Shown: positions 1-11,004, counted from the whole stretch's first letter. The stretch: DNA of 63,210 nucleotides, filler included, from an uncultured Methanospirillum sp. (GCA_964637135.1; 3 parts of 3 records of this genome joined end to end with filler, not necessarily neighbours in it), one strand, 5' to 3'. Notes: generated from the letters alone by a model not told the origin. Numbers and translations: made by a program.

Positions 1-40
1 AAAGTCCCCTGATATCAGAGCATCGAACAAGTTGTTGTAA

Positions 41-134
41 TGCTGCTGACGGGATCCGAACCCGTGATCTCCAGATATCTCAGAACAAGACATTCCTATG
101 AGTCTGGCGCCCTAACCAACTAGGCCACAGCAGC
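41..134 (-). tRNA. tRNA-Met(CAT), probably elongator, with a 20-nt intron at position 37/38 (77..96)
   Basis: Minus strand reads GCTGCTG-TG-GCCTAGTTGGTTAGGGC-G-CCAGA-CT-CAT-A-[GGAATGTCTTGTTCTGAGAT]-A-TCTGG-AGATC-ACGGG-TTCGGAT-CCCGT-CAGCAGC-A. Cloverleaf is complete; CTCA/TGAG forms the 4-bp helix of a bulge-helix-bulge motif. CCA is not encoded. Confidence 0.93.
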
Positions 135-230
135 ACAAAAGTGCATTATAAGAATGCTGTTTCAACATTTAACCCTATTGATAGCCCTCCTTGCCGCTTA
201 CATGATATGATCAGAATGGTATCATTCTTC

Positions 231-581
231 ATGAATGACCTGCCCCATCAGGAGATCCTGGTTGTATTTTGCACCGCGCCTGCCGGAATTGCCGGATCTA
301 TTGCTGAGACGCTTGTTAAAGATCATCTTGCTGCATGTGTGAACATTCTACCGGTACAATCCCTGTACCGATGGGACCATGCTCTCTGTCATGACGAGGA
401 AGAACTGCTCATCATAAAAACAACGGCTGAACGGGTGGAACCGGTCATCACCGCCATTCTTTCGGTTCATCCGTATACCACTCCCGAAATCATTGCATTA
501 CCGGTCATTGCAGGATATACCGGGTATCTTGACTGGGTCCGCGGAGAGACTGGTCCCGGGGGATCGGGATCCCTGCTATGA
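231..581 (+). CDS. cutA: divalent-cation tolerance protein CutA
   Basis: Motifs IAETLVKDHLAACVNI, SLYRW and HPYTTPEIIALP. Start taken at ATG 231 rather than ORF start 141. Confidence 0.9.
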   Translation: MNDLPHQEILVVFCTAPAGIAGSIAETLVKDHLAACVNILPVQSLYRWDHALCHDEEELLIIKTTAERVEPVITAILSVHPYTTPEIIALPVIAGYTGYLDWVRGETGPGGSGSLL

Positions 582-884
582 CGGTTCCTTATGCCGGGCA
601 TTTCCTGATCGTTATCCTTGAATCGTGCATCCATCGCACTACACTATATCATGATAACACCTGCCGGTGTGCCGGGAATTATGAGGCGATCTCTGCGCAA
701 GCCCTGGAGTTATCTCTGATTCACGGCATGTATTTAAGGAAGGCATGCAGGCACTGAGGATCATGTGATGAGATGGACACGAATGGCGAGGAGATAGCAC
801 TGGTCGGTAATGTCAGGTTCATTCCATGGGATGCAACGGTCGGATACCCTGCCATATGGAGCAGGATCTGATCGGCGGGGAGAT

Positions 885-1349
885 TCAGGGGGATGGTGAC
901 TGTTTACCCGTGACCGATGCGATCTCAAGGATGAGAACCGCGACCGTGTCCACCATCCGGTCTGTGAAGGCTGCCTGTGCACCTGGAGAGTATTTCCGTG
1001 CAAATTCGGAAAGTATCCTGTGTTTGTGGTCCCGTTCGTCGATAATTCTGATCGTTCCGGTCACGATAACCGACTGGTATTGCATACCGGCATTACATGC
1101 CTGTGAGGCCCTGATCAGTGCAACATTTGTCTCGACGGCAAACGAAGCGGCCGGGTTCTCCCTGATAATCCGGAGTTTCTCTCCCTGACAGGCTGAATGA
1201 AACCAGATCCCCTCTTCCCCGGAGACGTAATTCATGGGAATCAGGTAGGGCCGGTTTCCATCCACGAGGGCGAGATGCCCGTATTCACCGTCGTCAAGGA
1301 TCCTGCGGAGGATCCCGGGATCGGTGATCTCCTTCTCTGCCCGTCGCAT
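885..1349 (-). CDS. pyridoxamine 5'-phosphate oxidase-like (NimA-family) flavin-binding protein
   Basis: MRRAEKEITD start, PYLIPMNY, FHSACQGEK, YQSVIVTG. Confidence 0.85.
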   Translation of the reverse strand: MRRAEKEITDPGILRRILDDGEYGHLALVDGNRPYLIPMNYVSGEEGIWFHSACQGEKLRIIRENPAASFAVETNVALIRASQACNAGMQYQSVIVTGTIRIIDERDHKHRILSEFARKYSPGAQAAFTDRMVDTVAVLILEIASVTGKQSPSP

Positions 1350-1353
1350 GCTG

Positions 1354-2829
1354 TCACTTCCTGTTTTTCTCGATAACAGCAACAAGACCGGCAGCGATGG
1401 CAGCCACTTTGCGATCACTGCGGAGCGGGATGGAGAGCTGGGTCATCCGGGTCTCGTCTTCCTGGATGTACCGCTTAAGGGTTTTTCCGATATGTTCCTC
1501 CTGGAGGAAATGGGTATGGGTGTTCCCGGCGATAAACTCGGGGTTGTGCATGACGGCGTGATGGAGTGGCAGAGTCGTCTTCACCCCGAGGATGACATAC
1601 TCGTAAATTGCCCGCCGCATCCGTGAGATCGCATACTCCCGGCTCATTCCCCAGGCACAGAGTTTGGAGATCATCGAGTCATAGTACGGGGGAATCGTGT
1701 ATCCTGCGTGAATCCCGGAATCAAGCCGGATGCCCGGCCCTCCCGGGGAACGGTACCGGGTGATCTTGCCGGGATCTGACGCGTAATTATTCAGGGGATC
1801 CTCGGCATTGACCCGGCACTCGATTGCGTGACCACGGATCGTGATATCCTCCTGGCTGTATTCGACCGGGTCTCCTGATGCGACGATGATCTGTTCCTTG
1901 ACGATGTCGATTCCGGTGATCATCTCGGTTACGGTATGTTCCACCTGCAGCCGGGTGTTCATCTCCATAAAGTAGTAGTTCCCGCTGTCATAGAGGAACT
2001 CTACCGTTCCCGCGTTGACGTAATCGGTTTCTTCTGCGACCTTCAGGGCTGAACTGGTCATTCGTTCGCGAAGCTCAGGGGTCATCACCGGGCAGGGAGC
2101 CTCCTCGATCAGCTTCTGGTGACGCCGTTGGATCGAGCATTCACGCTCGAACATGTGAATCCGGTTCCCATGTTCATCGCAGAAGATCTGGACCTCGACA
2201 TGGCGGGGTTTACGGAGGTATTTCTCGATAAAAACGGTCCGGTCACCAAACGCAGACTCGGCGATCCGCATCGCTCCCGCTATCGCCTCCTCGATCTGCG
2301 AGGGTTCCTCGACGATATGCATCCCGATCCCTCCGCCGCCGGCACTTGCCTTGACAATGACCGGGTAGCCAATCTCGTCTGCTATCTTTGCCGCCTTCCC
2401 GATATCATCGATCCCCCCCTCCGTCCCTGGGAGAACCGGCACCCCTGCATTCTTCATCATCCGCTTTGACTCGATCTTCGAGCCCATCGCAGCGATTGTC
2501 TTTGCCTTCGGGCCGATGAAGGTAATTCCCTCCTCGGCACATCGGCGGGAAAAAACTGCATTTTCTGCGAGGAATCCATATCCCGGGTGAATCGCCTCGG
2601 CTCCCGCAGTCTTTGCCACCGAGATGATCCGCTCCATGTTCAGGTATGATTTTGAGGGCGGAGCCGGGCCGATTGGAAAGGCCTCATCAGCGTAGTGAAC
2701 AAAAAGGGAGTTCTCGTCTGCCTCCGAGTACACGGCGACAGTGTCGATCCCGAGTTCCCGGCAGGCCCGCATGATACGGATTGATATTTCCCCCCGGTTG
2801 GCAACGAGGATCTTGTCGAAATATTTCAT
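1354..2829 (-). CDS. pycA: pyruvate carboxylase subunit A (biotin carboxylase)
   Basis: [47 protein letters not shown]; adjacent to pycB. Confidence 0.95.
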   Translation of the reverse strand: MKYFDKILVANRGEISIRIMRACRELGIDTVAVYSEADENSLFVHYADEAFPIGPAPPSKSYLNMERIISVAKTAGAEAIHPGYGFLAENAVFSRRCAEEGITFIGPKAKTIAAMGSKIESKRMMKNAGVPVLPGTEGGIDDIGKAAKIADEIGYPVIVKASAGGGGIGMHIVEEPSQIEEAIAGAMRIAESAFGDRTVFIEKYLRKPRHVEVQIFCDEHGNRIHMFERECSIQRRHQKLIEEAPCPVMTPELRERMTSSALKVAEETDYVNAGTVEFLYDSGNYYFMEMNTRLQVEHTVTEMITGIDIVKEQIIVASGDPVEYSQEDITIRGHAIECRVNAEDPLNNYASDPGKITRYRSPGGPGIRLDSGIHAGYTIPPYYDSMISKLCAWGMSREYAISRMRRAIYEYVILGVKTTLPLHHAVMHNPEFIAGNTHTHFLQEEHIGKTLKRYIQEDETRMTQLSIPLRSDRKVAAIAAGLVAVIEKNRK

Positions 2830-4556
2830 TCCACCACCAGGAGAACATCCCCGTTCTGGACGGTGTCCCCGGCATCAACAAAGATTTCGGTGACCGTACC
2901 GTCCACAGGGCTTGTGATGGGGTTTTCCATCTTCATCGCCTCGAGGATCAGGAGAGTCTCCCCGGCTTTCACCTCGTCTCCCCGGCTCACCCGCACTTCA
3001 AGGACCATCCCCTGCATGTGGCTCTTTACCCCACCGGATATGCTCTCCTTTGGTGGTCCTCTCGTTTTGGTGGAACTCTCGACCGGTACGTCACCAATGG
3101 CAAGGATCTTGACCGTGAAGGTTTCGCCGTCCACCTCGACCTGCATCGCGGAGGGGAGATCATAGGAGCCGGAGCGTGGCTGTGCAACCGGGATGATCTT
3201 CTCAGGCTGCCGTTCACCCTTGAGGAAGGAGGGGGCGATTGCCGGGTAGAGGATGTAGGTCAGGACATCTTCTTCTTTTTTGATCAGTCCGGCCCCGGTT
3301 GCCTCTGCCTTCATCTTCTCGTACATCGGGTCAAGGAAATCGGCCGGTCTCGTTGTGATCACCTCTTCGTCTCCGATGATGGTCTTCCTGATCTCGTCGG
3401 TGATGGATCCGGGGGGACGGCCATACTGGCCCCTGACATAATCCCTGACTTCTCCCGTGATCGTTTTATACCGCTCTCCCAGAAGGACGTTCAGGACGGC
3501 CTGCGTTCCGACGATCTGAGAGGTAGGGGTAACAAGCGGGGGATACCCGAGATCACGCCTGACTTCGGGGATCTCTTTTGCCACGTCATCCATCCGGTCA
3601 AGGGCATCCTGTTCCTGGAGCTGGGAAACGAGGTTCGTGATCATGCCACCGGGGAGTTGGTAGACGAGAACATCGCTGTCGACCCGTCCGGCTACCGGGG
3701 AGATAATTCCCTCGTATTTTTTTCGTATCCTGATACATTCATTTCTGGCTGCACGCAGGGTCAGCATATCGATTCCGGTGTCCCGGGGAGTGCCCATGAC
3801 TGAGGCGATGATGCTCTCAGTCGGCGGCTGGCTCGTCCCGAGGGCAAACGGTGACATTGCGGTGTCGAGAATATCAACTCCGGCTTCGATGGCCGCCTGG
3901 TAACTCATCGGCGCAAGACCGCTCGTCGAGTGACTGTGGAGATCGACGAGGATGTCCATCTCGTCCTTGATTCCCTGTATCAGTTCTCTGGCATCCTCAG
4001 GCATGATCAGGCCGGCCATGTCCTTGATACAGACAGAGTCACATTCACGGGCATAGAGGTCCCTGGCGAGCGCAATGAATCCTTTAACAGAGTGAACCGG
4101 GCTGGTGGTGTAGGAGATGGTAGCCTGGAGATGGGCGCCGACTTCCCTGACCTTCTTCATCGAGCGCTCCATGTTCCTGATATCGTTGAGCGCATCAAAG
4201 ACCCTGAAGATATCAACGCCGTTCTTGTGGGATAACTCTACGAACCGATCGACCACGTCGTCAGAGTAATGACGATACCCGACGAGATTCTGCCCCCGGA
4301 GAAGCATCTGGATCGGAGTATGCCTGAGTTCCTCCTTGAGGGTGTTCAGCCGCTCCCAGGGATCCTCGTTGAGGAACCGGATGCAACTGTCAAAAGTGGC
4401 TCCTCCCCATGCTTCGACCGAGAAAAAACCTGCCCTGTCGATCGCCCGGGCAAGCGGAAGCATGTCCTCGGTCCGCATCCGGGTTGCAAAAAGGGACTGG
4501 TGGGCATCCCGGAGTGTTGTATCTGTTATAAGCAATCTGGAGCCTGTATCTTTCAC
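2826..4556 (-). CDS. pycB: pyruvate carboxylase subunit B (carboxyltransferase plus biotin carrier)
   Basis: [29 protein letters not shown] and C-terminal EAMKM biotinylation site. GTG 4556 is preceded by a GCAGGTGG RBS. Confidence 0.94.
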   Translation of the reverse strand: MKDTGSRLLITDTTLRDAHQSLFATRMRTEDMLPLARAIDRAGFFSVEAWGGATFDSCIRFLNEDPWERLNTLKEELRHTPIQMLLRGQNLVGYRHYSDDVVDRFVELSHKNGVDIFRVFDALNDIRNMERSMKKVREVGAHLQATISYTTSPVHSVKGFIALARDLYARECDSVCIKDMAGLIMPEDARELIQGIKDEMDILVDLHSHSTSGLAPMSYQAAIEAGVDILDTAMSPFALGTSQPPTESIIASVMGTPRDTGIDMLTLRAARNECIRIRKKYEGIISPVAGRVDSDVLVYQLPGGMITNLVSQLQEQDALDRMDDVAKEIPEVRRDLGYPPLVTPTSQIVGTQAVLNVLLGERYKTITGEVRDYVRGQYGRPPGSITDEIRKTIIGDEEVITTRPADFLDPMYEKMKAEATGAGLIKKEEDVLTYILYPAIAPSFLKGERQPEKIIPVAQPRSGSYDLPSAMQVEVDGETFTVKILAIGDVPVESSTKTRGPPKESISGGVKSHMQGMVLEVRVSRGDEVKAGETLLILEAMKMENPITSPVDGTVTEIFVDAGDTVQNGDVLLVVE

Positions 4557-4589
4557 AAAAAACCACCTGCTTGATCGTCGGTTCACGAT

Positions 4590-5255
4590 TCAAACAATTA
4601 CTATTTGCAGTAACGCGATAAAAAATTCACCAGCGTTCGGGGAAATAACGAAGATTATCAGTGATAGAACCCCGGAGACGATATCTCTCCCTGATGGGGA
4701 GAATACCGGAGCAAGGGTTCCTCCTGCCTGGTATCCCCGGATGGCAAGGATGACCGCCCGATCCCGTGCAAGCATGAGTTGCCTGACGAGGAGAGAGGAT
4801 ATCACGGGCGTCAGTGTCTGTATATCCAGTTTTGATCCTTTCTGGACAAGGGCAATTCCCACCCTCCTGATGTCATCTGAAAGGACTTCAAGCGCAGAGA
4901 TGCTCAGTTCGGCAACTAGTCCGAGATCAAACCCGATCCCCTTTCCCAATAGCCATACCGAGATATCAAGCAGTTCTCCAGCCTGCCGGTCGGCATATGC
5001 CCAGGATGCGATCAGCAGGATGACGGTGATCCTGATGAAGTAGCCGAAATAATCACCCCCGGATATGCCGACAAGGAAGGCAGCGACCGCGGGGAGCATG
5101 AGGAGCATCAGAAGGCCCCTGATCGAATGGATGGCCGTCTTCCGGTTTGTACAGAAAAGCCACCAGGCTCCGGCAAGGAGGGCCCCTCCGACTGATAGAA
5201 ACGAGGCGATCGAGAGGATGATAACTGCCAGGAGTCTTATCCGTGGATCCTGCAT
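4590..5255 (-). CDS. ECF transporter transmembrane (T, BioN-like) component
   Basis: MQDPRIRL start, hydrophobic helices, AIRGY motif; downstream of two ECF ATPases and bioY. Confidence 0.8.
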   Translation of the reverse strand: MQDPRIRLLAVIILSIASFLSVGGALLAGAWWLFCTNRKTAIHSIRGLLMLLMLPAVAAFLVGISGGDYFGYFIRITVILLIASWAYADRQAGELLDISVWLLGKGIGFDLGLVAELSISALEVLSDDIRRVGIALVQKGSKLDIQTLTPVISSLLVRQLMLARDRAVILAIRGYQAGGTLAPVFSPSGRDIVSGVLSLIIFVISPNAGEFFIALLQIVIV

Positions 5256-5935
5256 ACCGCCTCCCCAAGTTCTGATCGCGACAGTCCTGCCGGGACTGAA
5301 CCCTTTTGAACCAGGTACCTGACAAGGGGCGGGGCTGACTGCCAGGCTGCAATAGCATCCCTTCCTGCCCCGATCTGGTGAAGTAGTCCCCCCCGTATCT
5401 CCCAGATACAGGTGATTGGCGGGAGGGAGGTGATGTCGTGGGTGATGATGATCACGATTCCTGCCTGGGTATTTGTGATGAGGGTAGTTACTGCATCCCT
5501 TGCGCCGGAGTCGATCCCGGCAAACGGTTCGTCAAGGATGATCAGGTCATGGGTTCCGGTGAGAACCGCTGCCAGGTGAAGCCGGCGAAGTTCCCCCCGG
5601 GAAAGAGTGAGCGGATCTTCAGCCTCCCTTCCGGAAAGACCTGAGATCCTGAGAATTTCATCCTGATCACCTCCCCAGCTCGCTGCCTCCTCCCCGACGC
5701 TTGGCGTGGTGAGGTGGTACTCGGGGAACTGCATGAGAAGTACCCGTTTCCCGATGCCCTCGTACCTGACAATCCCCCCGTCCGGCTTGGTGACCCCGGC
5801 GATGATACCGGCACAGGTTGTCTTTCCGGCGCCTATCGGTCCGGTAATGAGATGGATTCCCTCAGGGAAGATCCCGTCTGCACGAAGGGAGAATGATCCA
5901 GCGCAATGCCTCACTTCCTCAAGAACGAGTTGCAT
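5237..5935 (-). CDS. ECF transporter ATPase (A')
   Basis: GPIGAGKT, QFPE, LSRGE, ILDEP, ITHD. Start taken at ATG 5935 (MQLVLEEV). Confidence 0.85.
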   Translation of the reverse strand: MQLVLEEVRHCAGSFSLRADGIFPEGIHLITGPIGAGKTTCAGIIAGVTKPDGGIVRYEGIGKRVLLMQFPEYHLTTPSVGEEAASWGGDQDEILRISGLSGREAEDPLTLSRGELRRLHLAAVLTGTHDLIILDEPFAGIDSGARDAVTTLITNTQAGIVIIITHDITSLPPITCIWEIRGGLLHQIGAGRDAIAAWQSAPPLVRYLVQKGSVPAGLSRSELGEAVCRIHG

Positions 5936-6599
5936 GTACCCGCCTCCAGAGGTCAGGATTAGAGAGGGGTCCGCGTTCCGGGTGAAAAACCGGTGCATGT
6001 GCATCTCCCGCGGCAGACCCCTTCCTGAGTTCGATAACGAGATCGGCAAAAGCGATGTGGTCTTCCCGGTGGGATGCATAAATGAGCCATGACGGGTGCA
6101 GGTTCCTGACAATCCGGTCTACGCCAAGGATCGTATCAATGTCGAGATGAGCGTCTGTCTCGTCAAAAATGATAATATCCGGCCGGCTGACAAGGGCTGC
6201 CGCGATTGCCACGAGGATCTTCTCCCCGCCTGAGAGGTACCTGACCGGTTGTTCAAGGAGGTGGCTGATCCCGAGATCTGCTGCGATTGTCTCAACCCTT
6301 TTTGTGGTATCTTCCGGCGGGATATGTCTGAACCGGAGGGAAGATGCGATCTCGTCCCGTGTCCGCGAGAAGATCATATTCAGGTCAGGAAAGGATCCGA
6401 CCCACCCGACGCTGGTTTCACGCGGTTTTTTCCCGCCGATGGTGATGGTTCCTGATTCAGGAAGCCTGATGCCGGCGATGAGTTCGAGGAGGATGGTCTT
6501 TCCTGCCCCGTTTGGGCCGGTGACCGCGATCACTCCCTGCGGGATCTTCAGTTCCCTGACAGCCACCGGTCCTGACCTGACATCAGAGAACCGAATCAT
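5919..6599 (-). CDS. ECF transporter ATPase (A)
   Basis: GPNGAGKT, LSGGE, IIFDE, ASH. Confidence 0.85.
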   Translation of the reverse strand: MIRFSDVRSGPVAVRELKIPQGVIAVTGPNGAGKTILLELIAGIRLPESGTITIGGKKPRETSVGWVGSFPDLNMIFSRTRDEIASSLRFRHIPPEDTTKRVETIAADLGISHLLEQPVRYLSGGEKILVAIAAALVSRPDIIIFDETDAHLDIDTILGVDRIVRNLHPSWLIYASHREDHIAFADLVIELRKGSAAGDAHAPVFHPERGPLSNPDLWRRVHATRS

Positions 6600-7132
6600 G
6601 CTCCGAGGAACCGTCCGTACTGCCGGTCAACCCGGTCGGTGATCAGGTATGCCGCGATTGCTTTGATGATGTCTCCCGGGATAAAGGGGACGAAACCAGC
6701 GAAGAGTGCAGGTACCATATCCATCCCGGTGGTTCCGATCAGCCAGAAGACCCCGCAGAAGTAGATGAAGAACTCTGCTCCAATGAAACCGGCTGCCTTC
6801 ATCATACGTGATTCTCGTTCGTAGCAGAGTCCGAGGATGAAGGCTGCCGGAATGAACCCGATCAGATAGCCCCCGGTCGGTCCGAGAAGGATCCCAAGCC
6901 CGGCTGTCCCGTTATGAAAGACCGGCAGGCCGGCGGCCCCGAGGATGAGGTAGAGGGCGACCGGAATGATGGCATACCGCCTCATGATCGCCCCGGTCAG
7001 GAGTACCGCCAGGGTCTGGAGGGTGACCGGCACCGGGGGAAACGGGATTGAAATCCACGAAAAAATGGCAATTATTGCGATAAAAAGGGCTGTATGGGTT
7101 ATAATCAGCGATCGCTTAAGGTTCCCGAACAT
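6596..7132 (-). CDS. bioY: biotin ECF S component BioY
   Basis: PVPVTLQTLAV, GLPVF, GPTGGYLIGF, PFIPGDIIK. Start ATG 7132. Confidence 0.93.
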   Translation of the reverse strand: MFGNLKRSLIITHTALFIAIIAIFSWISIPFPPVPVTLQTLAVLLTGAIMRRYAIIPVALYLILGAAGLPVFHNGTAGLGILLGPTGGYLIGFIPAAFILGLCYERESRMMKAAGFIGAEFFIYFCGVFWLIGTTGMDMVPALFAGFVPFIPGDIIKAIAAYLITDRVDRQYGRFLGA

Positions 7133-7142
7133 GTCAATACGG

Positions 7143-8123
7143 TCATATATGGATGCAGTCGCCGGCAATAATCCGTTCGATCTTACCATTGTCCTTGCGG
7201 ACGACGAGTGCACCGTTGACATCGATATCCACTGCCTCACCTTCGAAACTTGACCTGAGTGTGTTGATCCTGACCCGCCGCCCGATTGTCGAGGAGAAGT
7301 TCTTCCATTCCCGCAGAATGGCGTCGTACTCGCCTTTCGTGAGCATCTCGTATCTCGTCTCGAACTCCTTGAGAATGGCAGCGAGCAGGGCGGACCGGTC
7401 GACAACGTATCCGACCTCGTGGGAGATGGAGGTAATCATGTTCCGGATCGTCTCGTTCAGGTCATTGAGGCTGATGTTTGCGTCGATTCCCATCCCGACC
7501 AGGCAGTACTTCACCTCAGCCCCCTCGGCCCCGAGTTCAAGAAGGATACCGGCTACTTTCTTGTCACCGATGATGATGTCGTTCGGCCACTTGATCAGGG
7601 CCCCGATATCGTACATCTTGCGCAGGACCCGTGCCACCGAGACAGACCCGGCGACGGTGAGCATGAAGAGGTGATCCATCGGGATTTCAGGATGCAGGAT
7701 GATGGTAATCCAGATTCCGCCTGCCGGCGAGACCCATGCACGTCCCATCCTGCCGACACCGCCGGTCTGTTCCTCGGCGATGATAACCATCCCGTTGATA
7801 TCGGCGATATCACCCTGCTCGGCAAGATCCTTGCCAAACCAGATCGTCGACGGGATACTCGGGAAAAACCGAATCTGCCTGCCGATCGTCTTCGTCTTTA
7901 AGTGCTGGAATATCGTGTGCGGCTGGTAATCGCCAAACCTGGATTTCAGGGTATAGCCCTCGTCTTCGTCGGCAACGATATCATACCCGATAAGTCTCAG
8001 TTCGTTGATATGCTTCCATACGGCTGATTTTGAAATCGAGAGTTCGCTGCTGATCTCACTGCTTTTTACCGGGCCATTGGCCCGCTCAAGAATGTCAAGG
8101 ACTTTGAACGCCTGCTGGTACAT
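7143..8123 (-). CDS. birA: bifunctional biotin-protein ligase/repressor BirA
   Basis: N-terminal HTH (ISKSAVWKHINEL), AEEQTGGVGRMGRAW, KWPND, KKVAGIL. Start ATG 8123. Confidence 0.93.
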   Translation of the reverse strand: MYQQAFKVLDILERANGPVKSSEISSELSISKSAVWKHINELRLIGYDIVADEDEGYTLKSRFGDYQPHTIFQHLKTKTIGRQIRFFPSIPSTIWFGKDLAEQGDIADINGMVIIAEEQTGGVGRMGRAWVSPAGGIWITIILHPEIPMDHLFMLTVAGSVSVARVLRKMYDIGALIKWPNDIIIGDKKVAGILLELGAEGAEVKYCLVGMGIDANISLNDLNETIRNMITSISHEVGYVVDRSALLAAILKEFETRYEMLTKGEYDAILREWKNFSSTIGRRVRINTLRSSFEGEAVDIDVNGALVVRKDNGKIERIIAGDCIHI

Positions 8124-8127
8124 AGAT

Positions 8128-8559
8128 TCACCGTTTGGCAGCAATCTGCTCGATCGGGAGCGGACAGGGGTCTTTTCCACAGACCTGTTTGATGATCACC
8201 GACTGGTGCTGCATCAGGGTGGCAAGATCGAAGACACCGGTGATATCGACGAGACCGAGAGCAACCATCACTGCTCCGCTCTCGTCCCGTACCGGTGCCA
8301 CGATCACTGGAACCCCTTTGTATGGCCCTTCTTTCGGGGTGACTTTCCGGAGTTCGTTCTTCTCGAGCACTTCTTCGAGTACCGGGCCTGTGTATCTCGC
8401 GTCAACAACGACCCCGCTCTCGATTCGAACCCCGTGCTGGTTTCTGGACCGGGCGGTAACCGGGAGATTACCAATCATCTCATGGATCGCAAGACAGACC
8501 GGGGTGAGGTCTGAAGCGGTTGCATCCGCAGATATGGTATAGCGGTCCATCATCATCAC
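8128..8559 (-). CDS. DUF2111-like methanogen protein
   Basis: LPVTARS, YTGPVLEEVL, GPYKGVPVIVAP, GLVDITG resemble this methanogen family. Confidence 0.7.
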   Translation of the reverse strand: MMMMDRYTISADATASDLTPVCLAIHEMIGNLPVTARSRNQHGVRIESGVVVDARYTGPVLEEVLEKNELRKVTPKEGPYKGVPVIVAPVRDESGAVMVALGLVDITGVFDLATLMQHQSVIIKQVCGKDPCPLPIEQIAAKR

Positions 8560-8580
8560 GTACTAATCCCTGATATCGTA

Positions 8581-9147
8581 CTACAATAAAGCTTCGCTCG
8601 CATCGGTGCAGAATTCTGAGAGAAACCGCCGGGATGGATATTCATGGAGGGTTGTGAGCACGATCGTTCCCTTCGCAAGGTTGCAGGCCCAGAGGACCGC
8701 CCGGTCTCCGGCGGAGAGGATGGTTGTTCCCCCCGCTGTCTCCAGTGTCCCGTCTATCGCCGGCATATCCGGAAGATTCTCACAGATGCAGGTATATGGG
8801 TGGGTATCGTCGCAGGTGAGCCGTTCCTCTGAAAATCCGAACCGGTAGTGTACCGGAACCGGGAGCCAGTTATAGGCATCCGGGCAGGTATCACCTGCTC
8901 CGAATACGAGGAGCACGCCCCCGGCTTCGACAAATGATTTGAGCCGTCCGCTCACGGCACGCAGTGCAGGGAGAACCCGCGAGAATGCAGGGCTGGCAAA
9001 CCCGGAGGGGATGATCACCGCGTGAAACCGTTTCCTGAAAAACGGGGCTGCGAGCAGGTGCGGGGTGACCAGTTCACATTCGTGCCCGCAGTCCTCAACA
9101 AGGCGGGTAAACATTACCGGCTTGTCCCATATCACCGCAGTCTTCAT
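8581..9147 (-). CDS. hypothetical protein, class I glutamine amidotransferase-like fold
   Basis: VIIPSGFA and FVEAGGVLLVFG. Start ATG 9147 lies directly after the rtcB stop. Confidence 0.65.
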   Translation of the reverse strand: MKTAVIWDKPVMFTRLVEDCGHECELVTPHLLAAPFFRKRFHAVIIPSGFASPAFSRVLPALRAVSGRLKSFVEAGGVLLVFGAGDTCPDAYNWLPVPVHYRFGFSEERLTCDDTHPYTCICENLPDMPAIDGTLETAGGTTILSAGDRAVLWACNLAKGTIVLTTLHEYPSRRFLSEFCTDASEALL

Positions 9148-9148
9148 G

Positions 9149-10594
9149 TTATCCCTTGATGACGCCGAGGGGATCAAGCCTGGCAACGAGACGGGAGATA
9201 CCGAGTCTGTCGACGACCGAGACAACTTCGCCGCTTGGTTTGTAGGCACCGGGTGCCTCCTCGGCGATCGCACCGTCATGGGGAGCCCGGATCATAATCC
9301 CACTGCTTCCTAGTTCCTCCCGGATCTTCTTCCCCTGGATCTGCTTCTTTGCCTGCGACCGGGAGAGCACCCGGCCGGCTCCGTGGCAGGTGGATCCAAA
9401 CGTCTTCTCCATCGCCGTCTTGGTTCCTTTCAGAAGGAAAGACGAGGTTCCCATGCTGCCCGGGATGATCACCGGCTGGCCGGTGGACAGGTAATCAGCA
9501 GGGACATCCGGGCATCCCGGACCGAAGGCACGGGTGGCTCCCTTGCGGTGAACGCATACCTTCATCCGCCTGCCGTCGACGGTGTGTTCCTCGATCTTCG
9601 CTACGTTATGGGCCACGTCATAAACCAGCCTGATGTCATCGTATTCGATCCCGCAGATCCTTGTCATAACCTCGCGAATCTGGTGGGTGATCACCTGCCG
9701 GTTTGCCCATGCATAATTTGCAGCGGCTGCCATCCCGCCATAGTAGGCCTGTCCCTCCGGGGAGGGTACCGGGGCACAGGCGAGCTGGCGGTCAGGGAGA
9801 TGGATCCGGTACCGCTGTACCGCTTTCTCCAGGATCTGGAGATGATCGGTGCAGACCTGGTGTCCGAGTCCCCGGGAACCGCAGTGGACCATCACGCAGA
9901 CCTGTCCCATCTCTACTCCGAAGGCTTTTGCCGCCGGTTCATCGTAGATCTCGGTCACTTCCTGGATCTCGAGGAAGTGGTTTCCTGCTCCGAGCGTTCC
10001 GCTCTGGGGGATACCCCGTGCCCTGGCTTTTTGTGAGACCGCGGATGGTTCGGCGCCGGCCATCGCCCCTCCTTCCTCGCAGTGAGTAGTATCAAGATCG
10101 GTTCCATACCCTTCGCTAACGGCCCATCGTGACCCCTTCCGCATCATGGCCTCGAGCTGGGGGGGTGTCAGGCGCAGGGAAGATCGGGCACCGACACCAA
10201 CCGGGACGGCATTGTATAGTTCCTCCAGGATCTCTTTCTTCTTGCAGAGATCCCCTCTGACGAGCGGTGTTGTCATCAGCCTGACCCCGCAGTTGATGTC
10301 AAAGCCGACCCCGCCGGGCGAGATGACGCCGGTTTCATACTCGAACGCGGCTACCCCCCCGATTGGAAACCCGTATCCCCAGTGGATATCAGGCATGGCA
10401 AACGAATGGTTCACGATACCCGGCATGGTGGCGACATTGGCAAGCTGGGTCACCGCTCCTTCTTCGAGTGTTGCGGTCAGGCTTTCTGAGAGGAAAAACC
10501 TCCCTGAAACCCGCATATCAGGGACAAATCCTATCGGGACCTCCCACTCGAGGTCACCGAGTTGTTTTACACCGTGTATCATGGGGGGAGTCAC
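9149..10594 (-). CDS. rtcB: RNA-splicing ligase RtcB
   Basis: MPDIHWGYGFPIGG, GFDINCG, GNHFLE, HCGSRG, HNVAK, HRKGAT, HGAGR. Confidence 0.96.
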   Translation of the reverse strand: MTPPMIHGVKQLGDLEWEVPIGFVPDMRVSGRFFLSESLTATLEEGAVTQLANVATMPGIVNHSFAMPDIHWGYGFPIGGVAAFEYETGVISPGGVGFDINCGVRLMTTPLVRGDLCKKKEILEELYNAVPVGVGARSSLRLTPPQLEAMMRKGSRWAVSEGYGTDLDTTHCEEGGAMAGAEPSAVSQKARARGIPQSGTLGAGNHFLEIQEVTEIYDEPAAKAFGVEMGQVCVMVHCGSRGLGHQVCTDHLQILEKAVQRYRIHLPDRQLACAPVPSPEGQAYYGGMAAAANYAWANRQVITHQIREVMTRICGIEYDDIRLVYDVAHNVAKIEEHTVDGRRMKVCVHRKGATRAFGPGCPDVPADYLSTGQPVIIPGSMGTSSFLLKGTKTAMEKTFGSTCHGAGRVLSRSQAKKQIQGKKIREELGSSGIMIRAPHDGAIAEEAPGAYKPSGEVVSVVDRLGISRLVARLDPLGVIKG

Positions 10595-11004
10595 ACATCG
10601 AATAGTATATCCAGTACATATTCATCGTTCTGCTGCCTTATTGACATCTCGTGATATGAGATCCCTTTCACCTCGGTTCCCCCGCTATGGATGGACAGGA
10701 CGAACGGTTCCGACTGCATTGTCGCGGTCAGGTTGAGGTTGTCAAGAATGACGCTGATACCGGAGAAAACCTGGTTTTCAGTCTCTGACAGGAAGAGAAG
10801 TTCGGAGAGGAATGAATGGAGGAGCTGTTCGTGATCAGTACCGTCGATGGTGATCGTCACCGGTCCGGTCACGGTTCCTGAACCGGCACCGTGGTACATA
10901 ATGGTCATCAGGGCTTCCCCGGCCTGTGCAAAAAGGGCCGGGAGAGATGGTTCCCTGATACGGATCAGGATATCGGCGGTATGATCGAGTTCCTCATAGG
11001 GCAT
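10591..11004 (-). CDS. archease
   Basis: YEELDHTAD, EVKGISYH and C-terminal FDV; overlaps the rtcB start. Confidence 0.93.
   Translation of the reverse strand: MPYEELDHTADILIRIREPSLPALFAQAGEALMTIMYHGAGSGTVTGPVTITIDGTDHEQLLHSFLSELLFLSETENQVFSGISVILDNLNLTATMQSEPFVLSIHSGGTEVKGISYHEMSIRQQNDEYVLDILFDV

Noticed and set aside
2781..3803. Long antisense ORFs (for example 2781..3803, 47930..48907, 54129..55079)
   Set aside because: Shadow frames opposite well-supported genes in GC-rich DNA.
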